Counted from the stretch's first letter, positions 40,489 through 49,182 are shown. The stretch is DNA of 64,000 nucleotides from Gammaproteobacteria bacterium (GCA_026984215.1 JALSSO010000129.1:23362-87361), one strand, 5' to 3'. The notes: a model not told the origin generated them from the letters alone. Numbers and translations: made by a program.

Positions 40489-41240
40489 ACCAGGACGCAA
40501 CCCTGGGGGCCGCACTCAAGCATACTGCCCTGGGTGTACCAGTCTCCCAGCACGATGCGTTCGGCGGGGCGTCCGTCGAGCTCCAACCGGTGAACGCCCG
40601 GCCGATGGGTATGTCCATGGATGAGCCGCCGGACGCCGTATCGGCGCATGGCTTGGGCCACGGCCCTGGGGTTGACATCCATGATCGCGGGCGGCTTGCG
40701 GGCCACCTCCCGCGCGCTGGCCCGACGCATGGCGCGCGCCAGCCCGAGACGCACGCCGAGCGGCAGCTTGCGCAACCCTTGCAGGACCCAGGGGTGGCGC
40801 ACCACGCGCCGGTACCGCTGGTAGCGGACATCGTCGGTACACAACGTGTCGCCATGCATGAGCAGCGTGGGCGTCCCATACAGGGGAACCACCACCGCGT
40901 CAGGCAGCAGGCGACAGCCGGTGCGTGCCTCGAATCCCGCGCCGAGCAGGAAGTCGCGGTTGCCCCGCTGCACGTGGACGGGTATGCGGCTCGACAGCGC
41001 GCGCAACCCGTCCAATACCGGCTCCAGCGCGGGTGACGCCGCGTCGTCGCCCATCCAGTGCTCGAACAGATCGCCCAGGATGTAGAGGGCGTCCGCCTCG
41101 CATGGCGTGCGTTCGAGAAAGCCACGGAACTGCGCCAACACCTCCGGGCGCGCGGCATCCAGGTGCAGATCGGAGACGAAGCGCGTCCGGCTCAAGGTGG
41201 CCCCCGCATGCCTCGGAAGGGGAGCGCGGGTGAGCCGCAC
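40416..41240 (-). CDS. lpxH: UDP-2,3-diacylglucosamine diphosphatase
   Basis: Calcineurin-like motifs FVSDLHL, ADALYILGDLFEHWMGDD, GNRDFLLG, LMHGDTLCTDD, IHGHTHRP. It lies directly downstream of a cyclophilin, like ppiB-lpxH in E. coli. N- and C-termini are longer than E. coli LpxH; the start may be internal. Confidence 0.85.
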   Translation of the reverse strand: MRLTRAPLPRHAGATLSRTRFVSDLHLDAARPEVLAQFRGFLERTPCEADALYILGDLFEHWMGDDAASPALEPVLDGLRALSSRIPVHVQRGNRDFLLGAGFEARTGCRLLPDAVVVPLYGTPTLLMHGDTLCTDDVRYQRYRRVVRHPWVLQGLRKLPLGVRLGLARAMRRASAREVARKPPAIMDVNPRAVAQAMRRYGVRRLIHGHTHRPGVHRLELDGRPAERIVLGDWYTQGSMLECGPQGCVLVQLDASGAPIGSVPNDRARISSIR

Positions 41241-41849
41241 TCACTCGCAGCGCACGGTCGCCTTCTCGATGGTGATCGTTTCCTTGGGCACGTCCTGATG
41301 GAAACCCTGGGTTCCGGTGGGCACCCGGGCGATGGCGTCGACCACATCCATTCCTTCGATCACCTTGCCGAAGACCGCATAACCCCAGCCCTGGGTAGTG
41401 GGCGCGGTGTGATCCAGAAAGGCATTGTCCTTCAGGTTGATGAAGAACTGAGCGGTGGCCGAATGGGGATCGCTGGTGCGGGCCATCGCGATGGTGCCCC
41501 GCAGATTCTTCAGGCCGTTGTCCGCCTCGTTGCGGATGGGGGCGTGGGTGGGCTTTTCGCGCAGCTCGGCGGTCAGGCCGCCACCCTGGATCATGAAGCC
41601 GGGGATCACGCGATGGAAGATCGTGCCATCGTAGTGGCCCTCCTTCACATATCGGAGGAAGTTTTCCACGGTCTTCGGGGCCTTGGCCCGGTCCAGTTGG
41701 AGGACGATGGTGCCCTTGCCGGTGTTGAGTTCGACGATGGGATTGGCGTTGTCGGTCATGGCATCACACCCTTTCTCGGCGGCATGGTTGGCGCCGAGGA
41801 ACATGAAAATCGCCGCGGCGGTCAGGATTCGTATAGACCAGGATCGCAT
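41241..41849 (-). CDS. ppiA: Peptidyl-prolyl cis-trans isomerase, cyclophilin type (periplasmic, PpiA-like)
   Basis: Signal peptide [23 protein letters not shown]. Cyclophilin motifs [30 protein letters not shown]. Trimmed from a 313-aa ORF whose 5' part is antisense to the tRNA cluster. Confidence 0.9.
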   Translation of the reverse strand: MRSWSIRILTAAAIFMFLGANHAAEKGCDAMTDNANPIVELNTGKGTIVLQLDRAKAPKTVENFLRYVKEGHYDGTIFHRVIPGFMIQGGGLTAELREKPTHAPIRNEADNGLKNLRGTIAMARTSDPHSATAQFFINLKDNAFLDHTAPTTQGWGYAVFGKVIEGMDVVDAIARVPTGTQGFHQDVPKETITIEKATVRCE

Positions 41850-41953
41850 GCGTCTCGTTCTCCCTCGCAGTCCTGCATGGGGCGCCCAGCATACTGATCG
41901 GAAGCGGGAAAAACCACCGTGCGCCTCACGAGCCGACTTGCGGGCGCGCCCAT

Positions 41954-41983
41954 TGACGGAGCCGGCGCTCAACGCGTACACTT
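41954..41983 (+). promoter_or_regulatory. Candidate sigma70 promoter for the tRNA operon
   Basis: TTGACG - 18 nt - TACACT, followed by a GC-rich discriminator, about 45 nt upstream of tRNA-Pro. Confidence 0.3.
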
Positions 41984-42026
41984 CGCCATCCGTCGCGGCG
42001 CGCGGTGGTGTGGCAGGATCCCGAAT

Positions 42027-42103
<77 letters not shown>

Positions 42104-42154
42104 ACCCTTGCGACGAGTCGGGCAGGGCAAGCGTACAAATGCGGTTCGATTTCT

Positions 42155-42231
42155 GCGCCCGTAGCTCATCTGGATAGAGCATCGGCCTTCTAAGCCGAGG
42201 GTAGCAGGTTCGAATCCTGCCGGGCGTGCCA
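42155..42231 (+). tRNA. tRNA-Arg (anticodon TCT)
   Basis: GCGCCCGTAGCTCATCTGGATAGAGC...CTTCTAA loop (TCT)...GGTTCGAATCCTGCCGGGCGTGCCA. Close to E. coli tRNA-Arg(UCU). Confidence 0.85.
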
Positions 42232-42264
42232 GCTCCCCCCGCAGCGTAGGACGGCTCGTGCGAT

Positions 42265-42341
42265 GGTGGGCGTAGCTCAGCTGGTAGAGCCCCGGATTGT
42301 GGCTCCGGTGGTCGTGGGTTCGAATCCCATCGCTCACCCCA
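42265..42341 (+). tRNA. tRNA-His (anticodon GTG), with G-1
   Basis: GGTGGGCGTAGCTCAGCTGGTAGAGC...anticodon loop TTGTGGC...GGTTCGAATCCCATCGCTCACCCCA. The extra 5' G pairs with discriminator C, as is typical for tRNA-His. Confidence 0.85.
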
Positions 42342-42354
42342 GGTCGTTCACTGA

Positions 42355-42430
42355 GGGCCGTTAGCTCAATTGGTAGAGCAGTGGACTCTTAATCCATTGG
42401 TTGTAGGTTCGAGTCCTACACGGCCCACCA
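42355..42430 (+). tRNA. tRNA-Lys (anticodon CTT)
   Basis: GGGCCGTTAGCTCAATTGGTAGAGCAGTGGACTCTTAATCCATTGG...GGTTCGAGTCCTACACGGCCCACCA. Anticodon loop CTCTTAA. Confidence 0.85.
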
Positions 42431-42451
42431 TAAAAGCAGTGGCCATGCGAT

Positions 42452-42480
42452 CAGCCCGGCGTGAGCCGGGCTTTGTTTTT
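42452..42480 (+). terminator. Rho-independent terminator after the tRNA operon
   Basis: AGCCCGGC-GTGA-GCCGGGCT stem-loop followed by TTTGTTTTT. Confidence 0.6.
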
Positions 42481-42494
42481 CTCTGCACATGTGC

Positions 42495-42527
42495 AAAAAA
42501 AGGCGGCCCCCGAAGGGACCGCCTTTT
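42495..42527. terminator. Bidirectional terminator hairpin (A-tract / GC stem / T-tract)
   Basis: AAAAAAA-GGCGGCCCC-CGAA-GGGACCGCC-TTTT, 25 nt downstream of the minus-strand Gly/Tyr-rich gene stop. It can terminate either direction. Confidence 0.5.
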
Positions 42528-42551
42528 GCGCCGTTCGGTCTCGAGTGAGAC

Positions 42552-42860
42552 TTACTTGGTCTGCGCCTGCGGAGCAGCCGGAGCCTGCGGGGCCACCGGA
42601 GCGTAAGGAGCATAGGGAGCACCGTACGGAGCATAGGGAGCACCGTAAGGAGCGTAGTAGGGATATGCCCACCACGGACCGTAGTAGTCGTAGTAGTCGC
42701 CCCAGCCCGAAGCGCGACCGCGCATCGAGAAGTCGAAGTCACCGAAGCCGTCGCCCCAACCACGGCTCCAACCGGGACCGTCGCCCCACCAAGCGGAAGC
42801 GGAACCCGCGGCGGCCAGACCCAGCAGGCCAGCGATAGCAGCAACCTTGATCGTCTTCAT
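42552..42860 (-). CDS. Small secreted Gly/Trp/Tyr/Pro-rich repeat protein (structural, possibly sulfur-globule-protein-like)
   Basis: GGAG Shine-Dalgarno 9-12 nt upstream of ATG at 42860. Sec signal [23 protein letters not shown]. Mature part is low-complexity repeats ([42 protein letters not shown]). It has its own terminator. Confidence 0.6.
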   Translation of the reverse strand: MKTIKVAAIAGLLGLAAAGSASAWWGDGPGWSRGWGDGFGDFDFSMRGRASGWGDYYDYYGPWWAYPYYAPYGAPYAPYGAPYAPYAPVAPQAPAAPQAQTK

Positions 42861-42971
42861 GTTTTCAGTCTCCAGAGGTGAAAAGTTGTTCAACCGTGTT
42901 TGTCTCACCATTCCCGCGACGAGAATGTGCATATAGTATATTAGTAGATATTAAACTTAGAAAATACCACT

Positions 42972-43787
42972 TTAGGGATATCCGATCTCGCGGTCCTGGT
43001 GCAGCCAGGCCTGCCAGGCTTCGAAGATCCCGGCGCGCAGAGCGGCGCAGACCGAGCGGGGCGCCCCGCTGCCGTCGAATACGGGTTCCCCGTCCAGGGT
43101 GGCGGCCGATCCCCCGGCCTCCTCGAGCAGCAACGTGCCCGCGGCGTGATCCCAGATCTTCTGGGCGCCGTGGAGGTAAACATCGGCCCGGTCGGCCGCG
43201 ATCCAGGCCCACTCCAGCGCGCACACCCCCAGGTTGCGCTGCGAGGCGAAGGGCGCTTCCTCGACCAGCCGGCGGCGCAGCGGGAGCGGCAGGCGTTTCA
43301 AGTCCACGATGGCGATGCGGGTGGTCCGCGCGTCGCTGCGGTCTCCAGGCGCGGCCATCCGTCGCCGGTTCACCCAGGCACCCCGTCCCCGGTCCGCCCG
43401 GAACAGCTCGTCCCGCACTGGGTCATAGACGATCCCCACCTGTACGCGGCATTCCAGGACCAGCGCGAGCGACACGGCGAACAGGGGAAAGCCGGAGACG
43501 TAGTTGGTGGTCCCGTCCAAGGGGTCGAGGCACCAGTACGGCGTACCCGTCTCGCACAGCGCGGCCGCGCGGGGCTCCTCGTCCATTTCCTCGGAGACGA
43601 AGGCGATGTCGGGCCATTCGGCGTTGAGTGCTTCTCCGATCGTGCGCTCCATGGACAGATCGGCACTGGTCACCAGACTGCCGTCCGCCTTGCGCTTGTG
43701 GGCGCAGCGGCCGAAGCTGGGCAGTAGGATGCGGCGGGCGACGTCCCGGACCAGGGGGGCGATCTCCTCGGAGGCGGGCAGCTTCAT
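42972..43787 (-). CDS. Inositol monophosphatase family protein (SuhB/CysQ/HisN-like)
   Basis: IMPase motifs (FVSEE...WCLDPLDGTTNYVSG, WDHAAGTLLLEEAGG). Trimmed from a 457-aa ORF to MKLPASEE. ATGA-coupled to the upstream Rieske gene. Confidence 0.8.
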   Translation of the reverse strand: MKLPASEEIAPLVRDVARRILLPSFGRCAHKRKADGSLVTSADLSMERTIGEALNAEWPDIAFVSEEMDEEPRAAALCETGTPYWCLDPLDGTTNYVSGFPLFAVSLALVLECRVQVGIVYDPVRDELFRADRGRGAWVNRRRMAAPGDRSDARTTRIAIVDLKRLPLPLRRRLVEEAPFASQRNLGVCALEWAWIAADRADVYLHGAQKIWDHAAGTLLLEEAGGSAATLDGEPVFDGSGAPRSVCAALRAGIFEAWQAWLHQDREIGYP

Positions 43788-44095
43788 CGAGGGAGGTCGA
43801 TCTCCACGATCTCGCCCCGCACGCGCACGGGGTAGGTGCGCAAGGGCTCGGTGGCGGGGGGGTCCTGGGGTTCTCCGGTCCGCACGCTGAAGCGGCTGCC
43901 GTGCAGCGTGCAGCTCACGAATTCTCCCTTGAGGCAGCCGAGCGACAGCGACGAGTCCTCGTGCGTGCACAGGTCGTCCACGGCGTACACCGTGCCTTCC
44001 ACGTTGGCGAGCAAGATGGCTCGCCCGCCGACCATCACCCGTAGCGTCTTGCCCGGGGGCACGTCCGCCAGCCGGGCCACCTCCTCGAAGGCCAT
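43784..44095 (-). CDS. Rieske [2Fe-2S] ferredoxin-domain protein
   Basis: CTHEDSSLSLG...CTLHGSRF corresponds to the CXH-X(15-17)-CXXH Rieske ligand pattern. About 103 aa, no oxygenase catalytic domain. Confidence 0.8.
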   Translation of the reverse strand: MAFEEVARLADVPPGKTLRVMVGGRAILLANVEGTVYAVDDLCTHEDSSLSLGCLKGEFVSCTLHGSRFSVRTGEPQDPPATEPLRTYPVRVRGEIVEIDLPR

Positions 44096-44101
44096 GACCG
44101 A

Positions 44102-44287
44102 TCAGTACCGCAGGAACAGGTCGAGCACTCGCGGGGTGCGTTGTCCACGGGCGCGTCGCCCGGCATGGGCGGTCACGAGAACCACGGTTCCCAGGAAGAT
44201 GAGCAGGCCCGCCACGACGATGGACAGCAGCGGGGGATAGAGGGCGATCAGAATTCCCGCACAGATGAGAACGAAGCCGATGAGCAT
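44102..44287 (-). CDS. DUF3096-like small membrane protein
   Basis: 61 aa, two hydrophobic helices (MLIGFVLICAGILIALYPPLLSIVVAGLLIFLGTVVLV). Trimmed from a 110-aa ORF. Confidence 0.5.
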   Translation of the reverse strand: MLIGFVLICAGILIALYPPLLSIVVAGLLIFLGTVVLVTAHAGRRARGQRTPRVLDLFLRY

Positions 44288-44378
44288 GGGTCGGGAAAGC
44301 TCCTGAGACAGCCAAGGGCGCCAAGACGAGGGCCAAGTATGCCACAGCCGCGGGCCCGCAGTGCCCGGCGTCCGGACC

Positions 44379-45548
44379 TCAAGGCGCGAACAGCAGGCGT
44401 TCGATTTCGTCTCGCCGGGCCATGGCGTCGGCATAGCCCAGTTCCAGCAGTTCCCGGCAGTACGGCCCTTCGAACAGCAGATAGCTGAGCAGTGGTAGTG
44501 AACCGCGGGTCAGGGCCCCGATCGCTCGCAGCAGCGCCCGCAAGGGGCGCGGAATGCGCTGCAGGTGCCGGGGCACGAACTCCAGCACGTCCCGGCTCGG
44601 TGACAGCATGAGGAACTCGATGGGACGCAGTGCGGTGTCGCGGTATTCCACCCTCGATTCGCCGGTCTCACTGAGGGTGTGGTTGATCCGGTTGAGCCGC
44701 TCCAGATCGGCATCGAGGCTGTCCAGGAACAGGGTATCGAACACGTATCCCGCGATCTGCCCCGGCGTGGGATAGAGGGGGGGCTCGCTGGGCTGGCAGT
44801 CGCGGGCCTCTTGGTGCGTGCGTACCCCGACGATCAGCAGGCGGTTGGCCCCCAGGTGCAGGGCGGGGCTGAGGGGAGCCGTCTCGCGCATGGCGCCGTC
44901 TCCGAAGTATTCCCCGCCCACGCGCACGGCAGGAAAGACCATGGGGATCGCCGAGGAGGCCATGAGGTGGTCGATCCCGATCTCCGCGGATACGCCGCAG
45001 CGCCTCGCCCGGCGCCAGGGCACCAGCCCGGGAACGCCCTGGTAGAACGTCACCGAACACCCGCTGGTATAGCCGGAGGCGGTCACCGCCAGGGCGCGCA
45101 GGCAGCCGGCGTCGAGGCATTGCTGGATGCGTGCAAAGCGCAGATGACTTTCCATCATCCGGCGCAGGGGCGTGTTGTCCAGGATGGAGAGCGGCCCGCT
45201 CCGTCCCATGCGTCCGCTCAGCATCGCGCTCAGCCAGCGCCAGGTGTTGCGCAGGGCCGTGGCCGTGTCGGCACGGAATACCTTCTCGATGCGGAAATGC
45301 TCCCAGGTGCCGCAGATGTGTTGCACGCCCTCGCGGAACTGGAGCGCGCTGCAGGCGAGGAGGGCCGCATTGATGGCGCCGGACGACGTGCCGGTGACGA
45401 CCGGAAAAGGGTTCCCGCGCTCGGGCGGTGCGATCTCGGCCACTGCCCGCAACACGCCGGCCTGATAGGCATTGCGGGCGCCGCCCCCGGGCAGCACCAG
45501 CCCGACGACGGGTTGCTCTCGGCGCCGCTTTCGTGAGAACCAGTGCAT
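44379..45548 (-). CDS. Patatin-like phospholipase family protein
   Basis: Oxyanion/GGxR LVLPGGGARNAYQAGVL, nucleophile GTSSGAINA, catalytic DGA at FGDGAM. Confidence 0.85.
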   Translation of the reverse strand: MHWFSRKRRREQPVVGLVLPGGGARNAYQAGVLRAVAEIAPPERGNPFPVVTGTSSGAINAALLACSALQFREGVQHICGTWEHFRIEKVFRADTATALRNTWRWLSAMLSGRMGRSGPLSILDNTPLRRMMESHLRFARIQQCLDAGCLRALAVTASGYTSGCSVTFYQGVPGLVPWRRARRCGVSAEIGIDHLMASSAIPMVFPAVRVGGEYFGDGAMRETAPLSPALHLGANRLLIVGVRTHQEARDCQPSEPPLYPTPGQIAGYVFDTLFLDSLDADLERLNRINHTLSETGESRVEYRDTALRPIEFLMLSPSRDVLEFVPRHLQRIPRPLRALLRAIGALTRGSLPLLSYLLFEGPYCRELLELGYADAMARRDEIERLLFAP

Positions 45549-45650
45549 GGCACGAGGCGCTCCCTGCGGTACGGCGATGCAGGCGCATCCGCACCCGATT
45601 TTTTTCTAAGGATAGACGGCTGGTCGGACGGCGGCCGTGACGCCCATCCG

Positions 45651-46277
45651 TTATTTCGATGACTGGGCAAGCGCCTGCGAGATTTCCTCGCTGAGGTGAC
45701 CTAGCGCCTCGCTCATCGCGAGCGCGATGTCGGCGAAGTCGGTGCCGTGCGCCGTTACCGAAATGTCGGAATCGCGGATCGTGAGATAGCGGTGACTCCC
45801 GCCGTCGATGACCGCCCAGCTGGCGCGCAACCGGACCCGCCCCTGGGGGTCGCTGTCGAAGTGCAGAATCTTCACGGCCACTTTGTACTCGCTGGGCAGG
45901 TCGCTCCAGGGCTGTACGATGGGATGGACCCGTGGATTGAGCCCGTACAGGTTCTCGGCGATGACTCGGGCGATATTGCGACCCAGCGGTTCGCCCCACT
46001 GGTCGAAGTCGGCAAGTTTCAAGCGGGTCTGCCCTTCGCGCAGCACGATCTGCGAGCGGTCCAGGTAGGCGGACACCTCGACCGGTCCGATGGCCACGAT
46101 CACGGGACGTTCTTTTTCGAAGGCGCCGCTGGTGGTGGGCGACGCTGTCGGCGCGAGCGCATAGAAATGGGTGGGAGGGGAGGTGCTGCAGCCGGCCACC
46201 GCGATCCCCGCGATGCCCGCCAGTAGGACGCGACACCTGTCGTACAGACCGGCGTGTTTCGAATGCGGTGTGCGCAC
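45651..46277 (-). CDS. pqiC: PqiC/YmbA-like ABC-transport auxiliary lipoprotein
   Basis: Lipobox VAGCS. DUF330-type fold sequence. Immediately downstream of pqiB. Confidence 0.8.
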   Translation of the reverse strand: MRTPHSKHAGLYDRCRVLLAGIAGIAVAGCSTSPPTHFYALAPTASPTTSGAFEKERPVIVAIGPVEVSAYLDRSQIVLREGQTRLKLADFDQWGEPLGRNIARVIAENLYGLNPRVHPIVQPWSDLPSEYKVAVKILHFDSDPQGRVRLRASWAVIDGGSHRYLTIRDSDISVTAHGTDFADIALAMSEALGHLSEEISQALAQSSK

Positions 46278-46287
46278 GGTTCGCCTC

Positions 46288-47946
46288 CTAAGGTCGTTTG
46301 CCTTTGAGCAGGGCTTCGGGGTGTTGTTCCAGGTAGTCCGTCATCGTCCGCAGAGACCGTGCCGCGGCCGCCAGTTCCTTCATCATGACCATCAGCTCCT
46401 CGTAGATCGGAGCGCCGGGGCGCACCAGGCCGCGGACGTTGTCCAGCGTGGCCCGTGCTTCAGCGAGCATGTCGTCCAGCTCGGGCAGGGCGCTTTCGTT
46501 GAGCCGGTGACCGATTCTTTCCACTTCGGCCAGCGTGGCGTTGAGGTGGCGCAGTGAATCCATGAGTTCCCGGGAGTTGGCGATCCGGCTCGTGCCTTCC
46601 AGGGTGGCGTTCAGATTGGCGGTGATTTCCTCCAGCGGAAGCCTCTGGATGCGCTGCAGCATCCCCAACAGGCTTCGCTTGAGTTGGTCGATGGCCCCGG
46701 GCACACTGGGGATCACCTTGTACCCATTCACGATTTGGATTTGCGCGGGCGGCGCATCGGGGTGCATGTCCAGGGAGACCAGCAGCTGACCGGTGAGCAG
46801 ATTGCCGGTCTGGAGCTGAGCGCGCAGGCCGCTGGCCACCAGTTCCTCGTCGTAGGACCGCTTCCCATCCTTGGCGCCCTCACCCACGAGGTGGATCCGC
46901 TCCGGTTCGATCTCGATGAGCACGGGGATGCGGAACTGAAGCGTATCCACATCGAACTCGAACTTCACGTCGATCACCTTGCCCACCTCGATGCCGCGGA
47001 TCAGCACCGGGGCGCCGACCTTGAGCCCACGCACCGAACCGTCGAAATAGATCAGATAATATTCCTTGCGATGGTACTCGGCCTGCAGGGTGTCCTCGCG
47101 CGAGGCATACAGGCGGAAGCGGGTCCCGGGGCGTGCCCGCCCGCTGCGTTCCAGATTGTGCGGGGTGTCGAAGGCGATGCCGCCGATCAGCACCGAGACC
47201 AGCGATTCGGTCCGGAGGCGGAAACCCTCGGCGTCCATGCGCACGTCGATCCCGCTGGCGTTCCAGAAGCGGGTGTTCTCGCGCACCAGCTGGTCGTAGG
47301 GGGATTTGATGAAGATCTTGAACAGGATGCCGGAGCCGTCTTTCTCCAGCTCATATTCCTCCACTTGGCCCACGCGGATCTTGCGGTAGTAAACGGGAGA
47401 GCCCACCTCCACCGAGCCGAGGCTCTCGGCCTCGAGCTCGAAGCGGGTCCCGGGTACGTCGCCGGTGATCACCGGCGCCTTGTCGAGCCCCTGGAAGTGC
47501 CGGCGCGGCTTGCCCGAGCGTGCGGGGTCCATGGCGATGTAGGCCCCGGAGAGCAGGGTCCCGAGGCCGGAGACCTCGCCGGCCGCCAGCCGGGCCGTGA
47601 CCACCCAGAAGCGCGTCCCTTCCCGCAGGTGGTCCCGCATGGTCGGATGCAGCTCGGCGGTGACCACCACCTTGGAGAGGTCCTCGTTGAAGGCCACGGA
47701 GGTGACCTTGCCGACCTCGACATCCTTGTACTTGACTTTGGTTTTACCGGCCTCGAGACCTTGGGCCGAGCTGAAGACGATGGTGATTTCCGGACCTTTC
47801 TCGGTGAGCGCCTTGTAGGCGAGCCAGCCACCGATGACCACGGCCACCAACGGAATCAGCCAGACGACCGACCACCCGGACTTTTCCTCGACGGCCGCCG
47901 CCGGCAATGCCTCGACCGGATCCGATTCCGTGCTCGGTTCAGTCAC
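46288..47946 (-). CDS. pqiB: Intermembrane transport protein PqiB (MCE-domain)
   Basis: N-terminal TM, three MCE domains, C-terminal coiled-coil. 552 aa. Confidence 0.9.
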   Translation of the reverse strand: MTEPSTESDPVEALPAAAVEEKSGWSVVWLIPLVAVVIGGWLAYKALTEKGPEITIVFSSAQGLEAGKTKVKYKDVEVGKVTSVAFNEDLSKVVVTAELHPTMRDHLREGTRFWVVTARLAAGEVSGLGTLLSGAYIAMDPARSGKPRRHFQGLDKAPVITGDVPGTRFELEAESLGSVEVGSPVYYRKIRVGQVEEYELEKDGSGILFKIFIKSPYDQLVRENTRFWNASGIDVRMDAEGFRLRTESLVSVLIGGIAFDTPHNLERSGRARPGTRFRLYASREDTLQAEYHRKEYYLIYFDGSVRGLKVGAPVLIRGIEVGKVIDVKFEFDVDTLQFRIPVLIEIEPERIHLVGEGAKDGKRSYDEELVASGLRAQLQTGNLLTGQLLVSLDMHPDAPPAQIQIVNGYKVIPSVPGAIDQLKRSLLGMLQRIQRLPLEEITANLNATLEGTSRIANSRELMDSLRHLNATLAEVERIGHRLNESALPELDDMLAEARATLDNVRGLVRPGAPIYEELMVMMKELAAAARSLRTMTDYLEQHPEALLKGKRP

Positions 47947-48571
47947 GAGGCGTCTCCATGCGATCCCAGATCAGGCGGGGATCGAAGGAATTGGCGGCGA
48001 AGATGGTCAGCACCACTACGCTGGCGAAATAGAAGGCCGCTGGGCCCGGGTCGATGTTGGCCAGCTCGCCCACGCGCACCAGGGCCACCAGCAGGGTGAC
48101 CACGTAGATGTCCACCATGGACCAGCGTCCGACCATCTCCGTGATCCTGTACAGGCGCGTGCGGTCCTGGGGCCGCCATTGCGAGCGGCGGTGCACCGAG
48201 ATCGCCAGCAGGGTCAGGATGACCAGTTTCATCACCGGCACGAAGATGCTGGCCACGAAGATGACCACCCCGATGGGCCATTCTCCGTTCTGAACGAAAT
48301 ACACCACTCCGCTCATGATGGTGTCTTCCTGGACCTGGCCAAGGGTGGTGATGCGCGTGATCGGCAGCACCATGGCGGGCACGTAGAAGACGTAGGCCGC
48401 GATCAGCAAGGCCCAAGTGCGGCGCAGACTGTCCGGCTTGCGCACGTGAACCGCCGCCCCACAGCGCGGGCAGCGCAGCTTGGCGTGCCCCGCGCCTGGC
48501 GGGATGCGCAAGATCCGCTCACACACCGAACACCCCGCAAGTCCCCGTTCCAGGGCGCTGCCCCGGATCAC
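47939..48571 (-). CDS. Paraquat-inducible protein A family protein (PqiA second half-module)
   Basis: Zn-ribbon CSVCERILRIPPGAGHAKLRCPRCGAAV followed by 4 TM helices. Proposed GTG start overlaps the stop of the upstream pqiA-like gene (GTGA). Different reading frame from the first module. Confidence 0.7.
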   Translation of the reverse strand: MIRGSALERGLAGCSVCERILRIPPGAGHAKLRCPRCGAAVHVRKPDSLRRTWALLIAAYVFYVPAMVLPITRITTLGQVQEDTIMSGVVYFVQNGEWPIGVVIFVASIFVPVMKLVILTLLAISVHRRSQWRPQDRTRLYRITEMVGRWSMVDIYVVTLLVALVRVGELANIDPGPAAFYFASVVVLTIFAANSFDPRLIWDRMETPRD

Positions 48572-49182
48572 GCCCCATCCTCCAGACGATCCCACACCAC
48601 CTCGGTGTCCATGGCCCAAGTGGCCGCCGCCAAGAGAAAGATCAGCACGAAGAACGCCCACACCCCGGGTCCGGGGATCACCGTGGCCATCTTCACCAGT
48701 TTCACCACGGTCACCAGAATGCCCAGCAGGAACACCTCCATCATGTTCCACTGCTGGACCGCCTCCAGCGCGCGAAGCATGGGCACGGTTCCCCGGGCCA
48801 CGCGTCCCCGACGCAGGGGCAGGAACACCCGCAGCAGGAACAGGAGCACCAGGGCCGGGGCCACGATGCAGGTCAACGCCACGAGGGCCGAAAGGGCATG
48901 CTCGCCTTCGGCCCAAAGGGTCAGCACGGCGCCCGGCAGGGCCGCCGAGACCACCTCCGGACCGACCCGGATGGAGAGCAACGGAAAGGCGTTGGCGATG
49001 AAGAACAGGACCAGTCCGGCCAGGGCCAGCGCCGCGGTACGCTCCACGGCGTTGGGAACGTGGCGGTACAAGACGGCCCCGCAGCGCGCGCAACGGGCCG
49101 CGCTTCCCGGAGGCACGGAGATGCGCCGCTGCAGCAGATCGCAATCGTGGCAGGTGATCAAGGGCGTCTTCATGCTCTGCAC
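48568..49182 (-). CDS. Paraquat-inducible protein A family protein (PqiA first half-module)
   Basis: CHDCDLLQRRISVPPGSAARCARCGAVL Zn-ribbon plus TM helices. 204 aa. Confidence 0.75.
   Translation of the reverse strand: MQSMKTPLITCHDCDLLQRRISVPPGSAARCARCGAVLYRHVPNAVERTAALALAGLVLFFIANAFPLLSIRVGPEVVSAALPGAVLTLWAEGEHALSALVALTCIVAPALVLLFLLRVFLPLRRGRVARGTVPMLRALEAVQQWNMMEVFLLGILVTVVKLVKMATVIPGPGVWAFFVLIFLLAAATWAMDTEVVWDRLEDGA

Noticed and set aside
45549-45650. Hairpin GATGC-AGGC-GCATC followed by TTTTTTT on the plus strand, between patatin and pqiC
   Set aside because: It looks like a plus-strand terminator, but no plus-strand gene ends here (both flanking genes are on the minus strand). It is more likely part of the patatin promoter region or coincidental.
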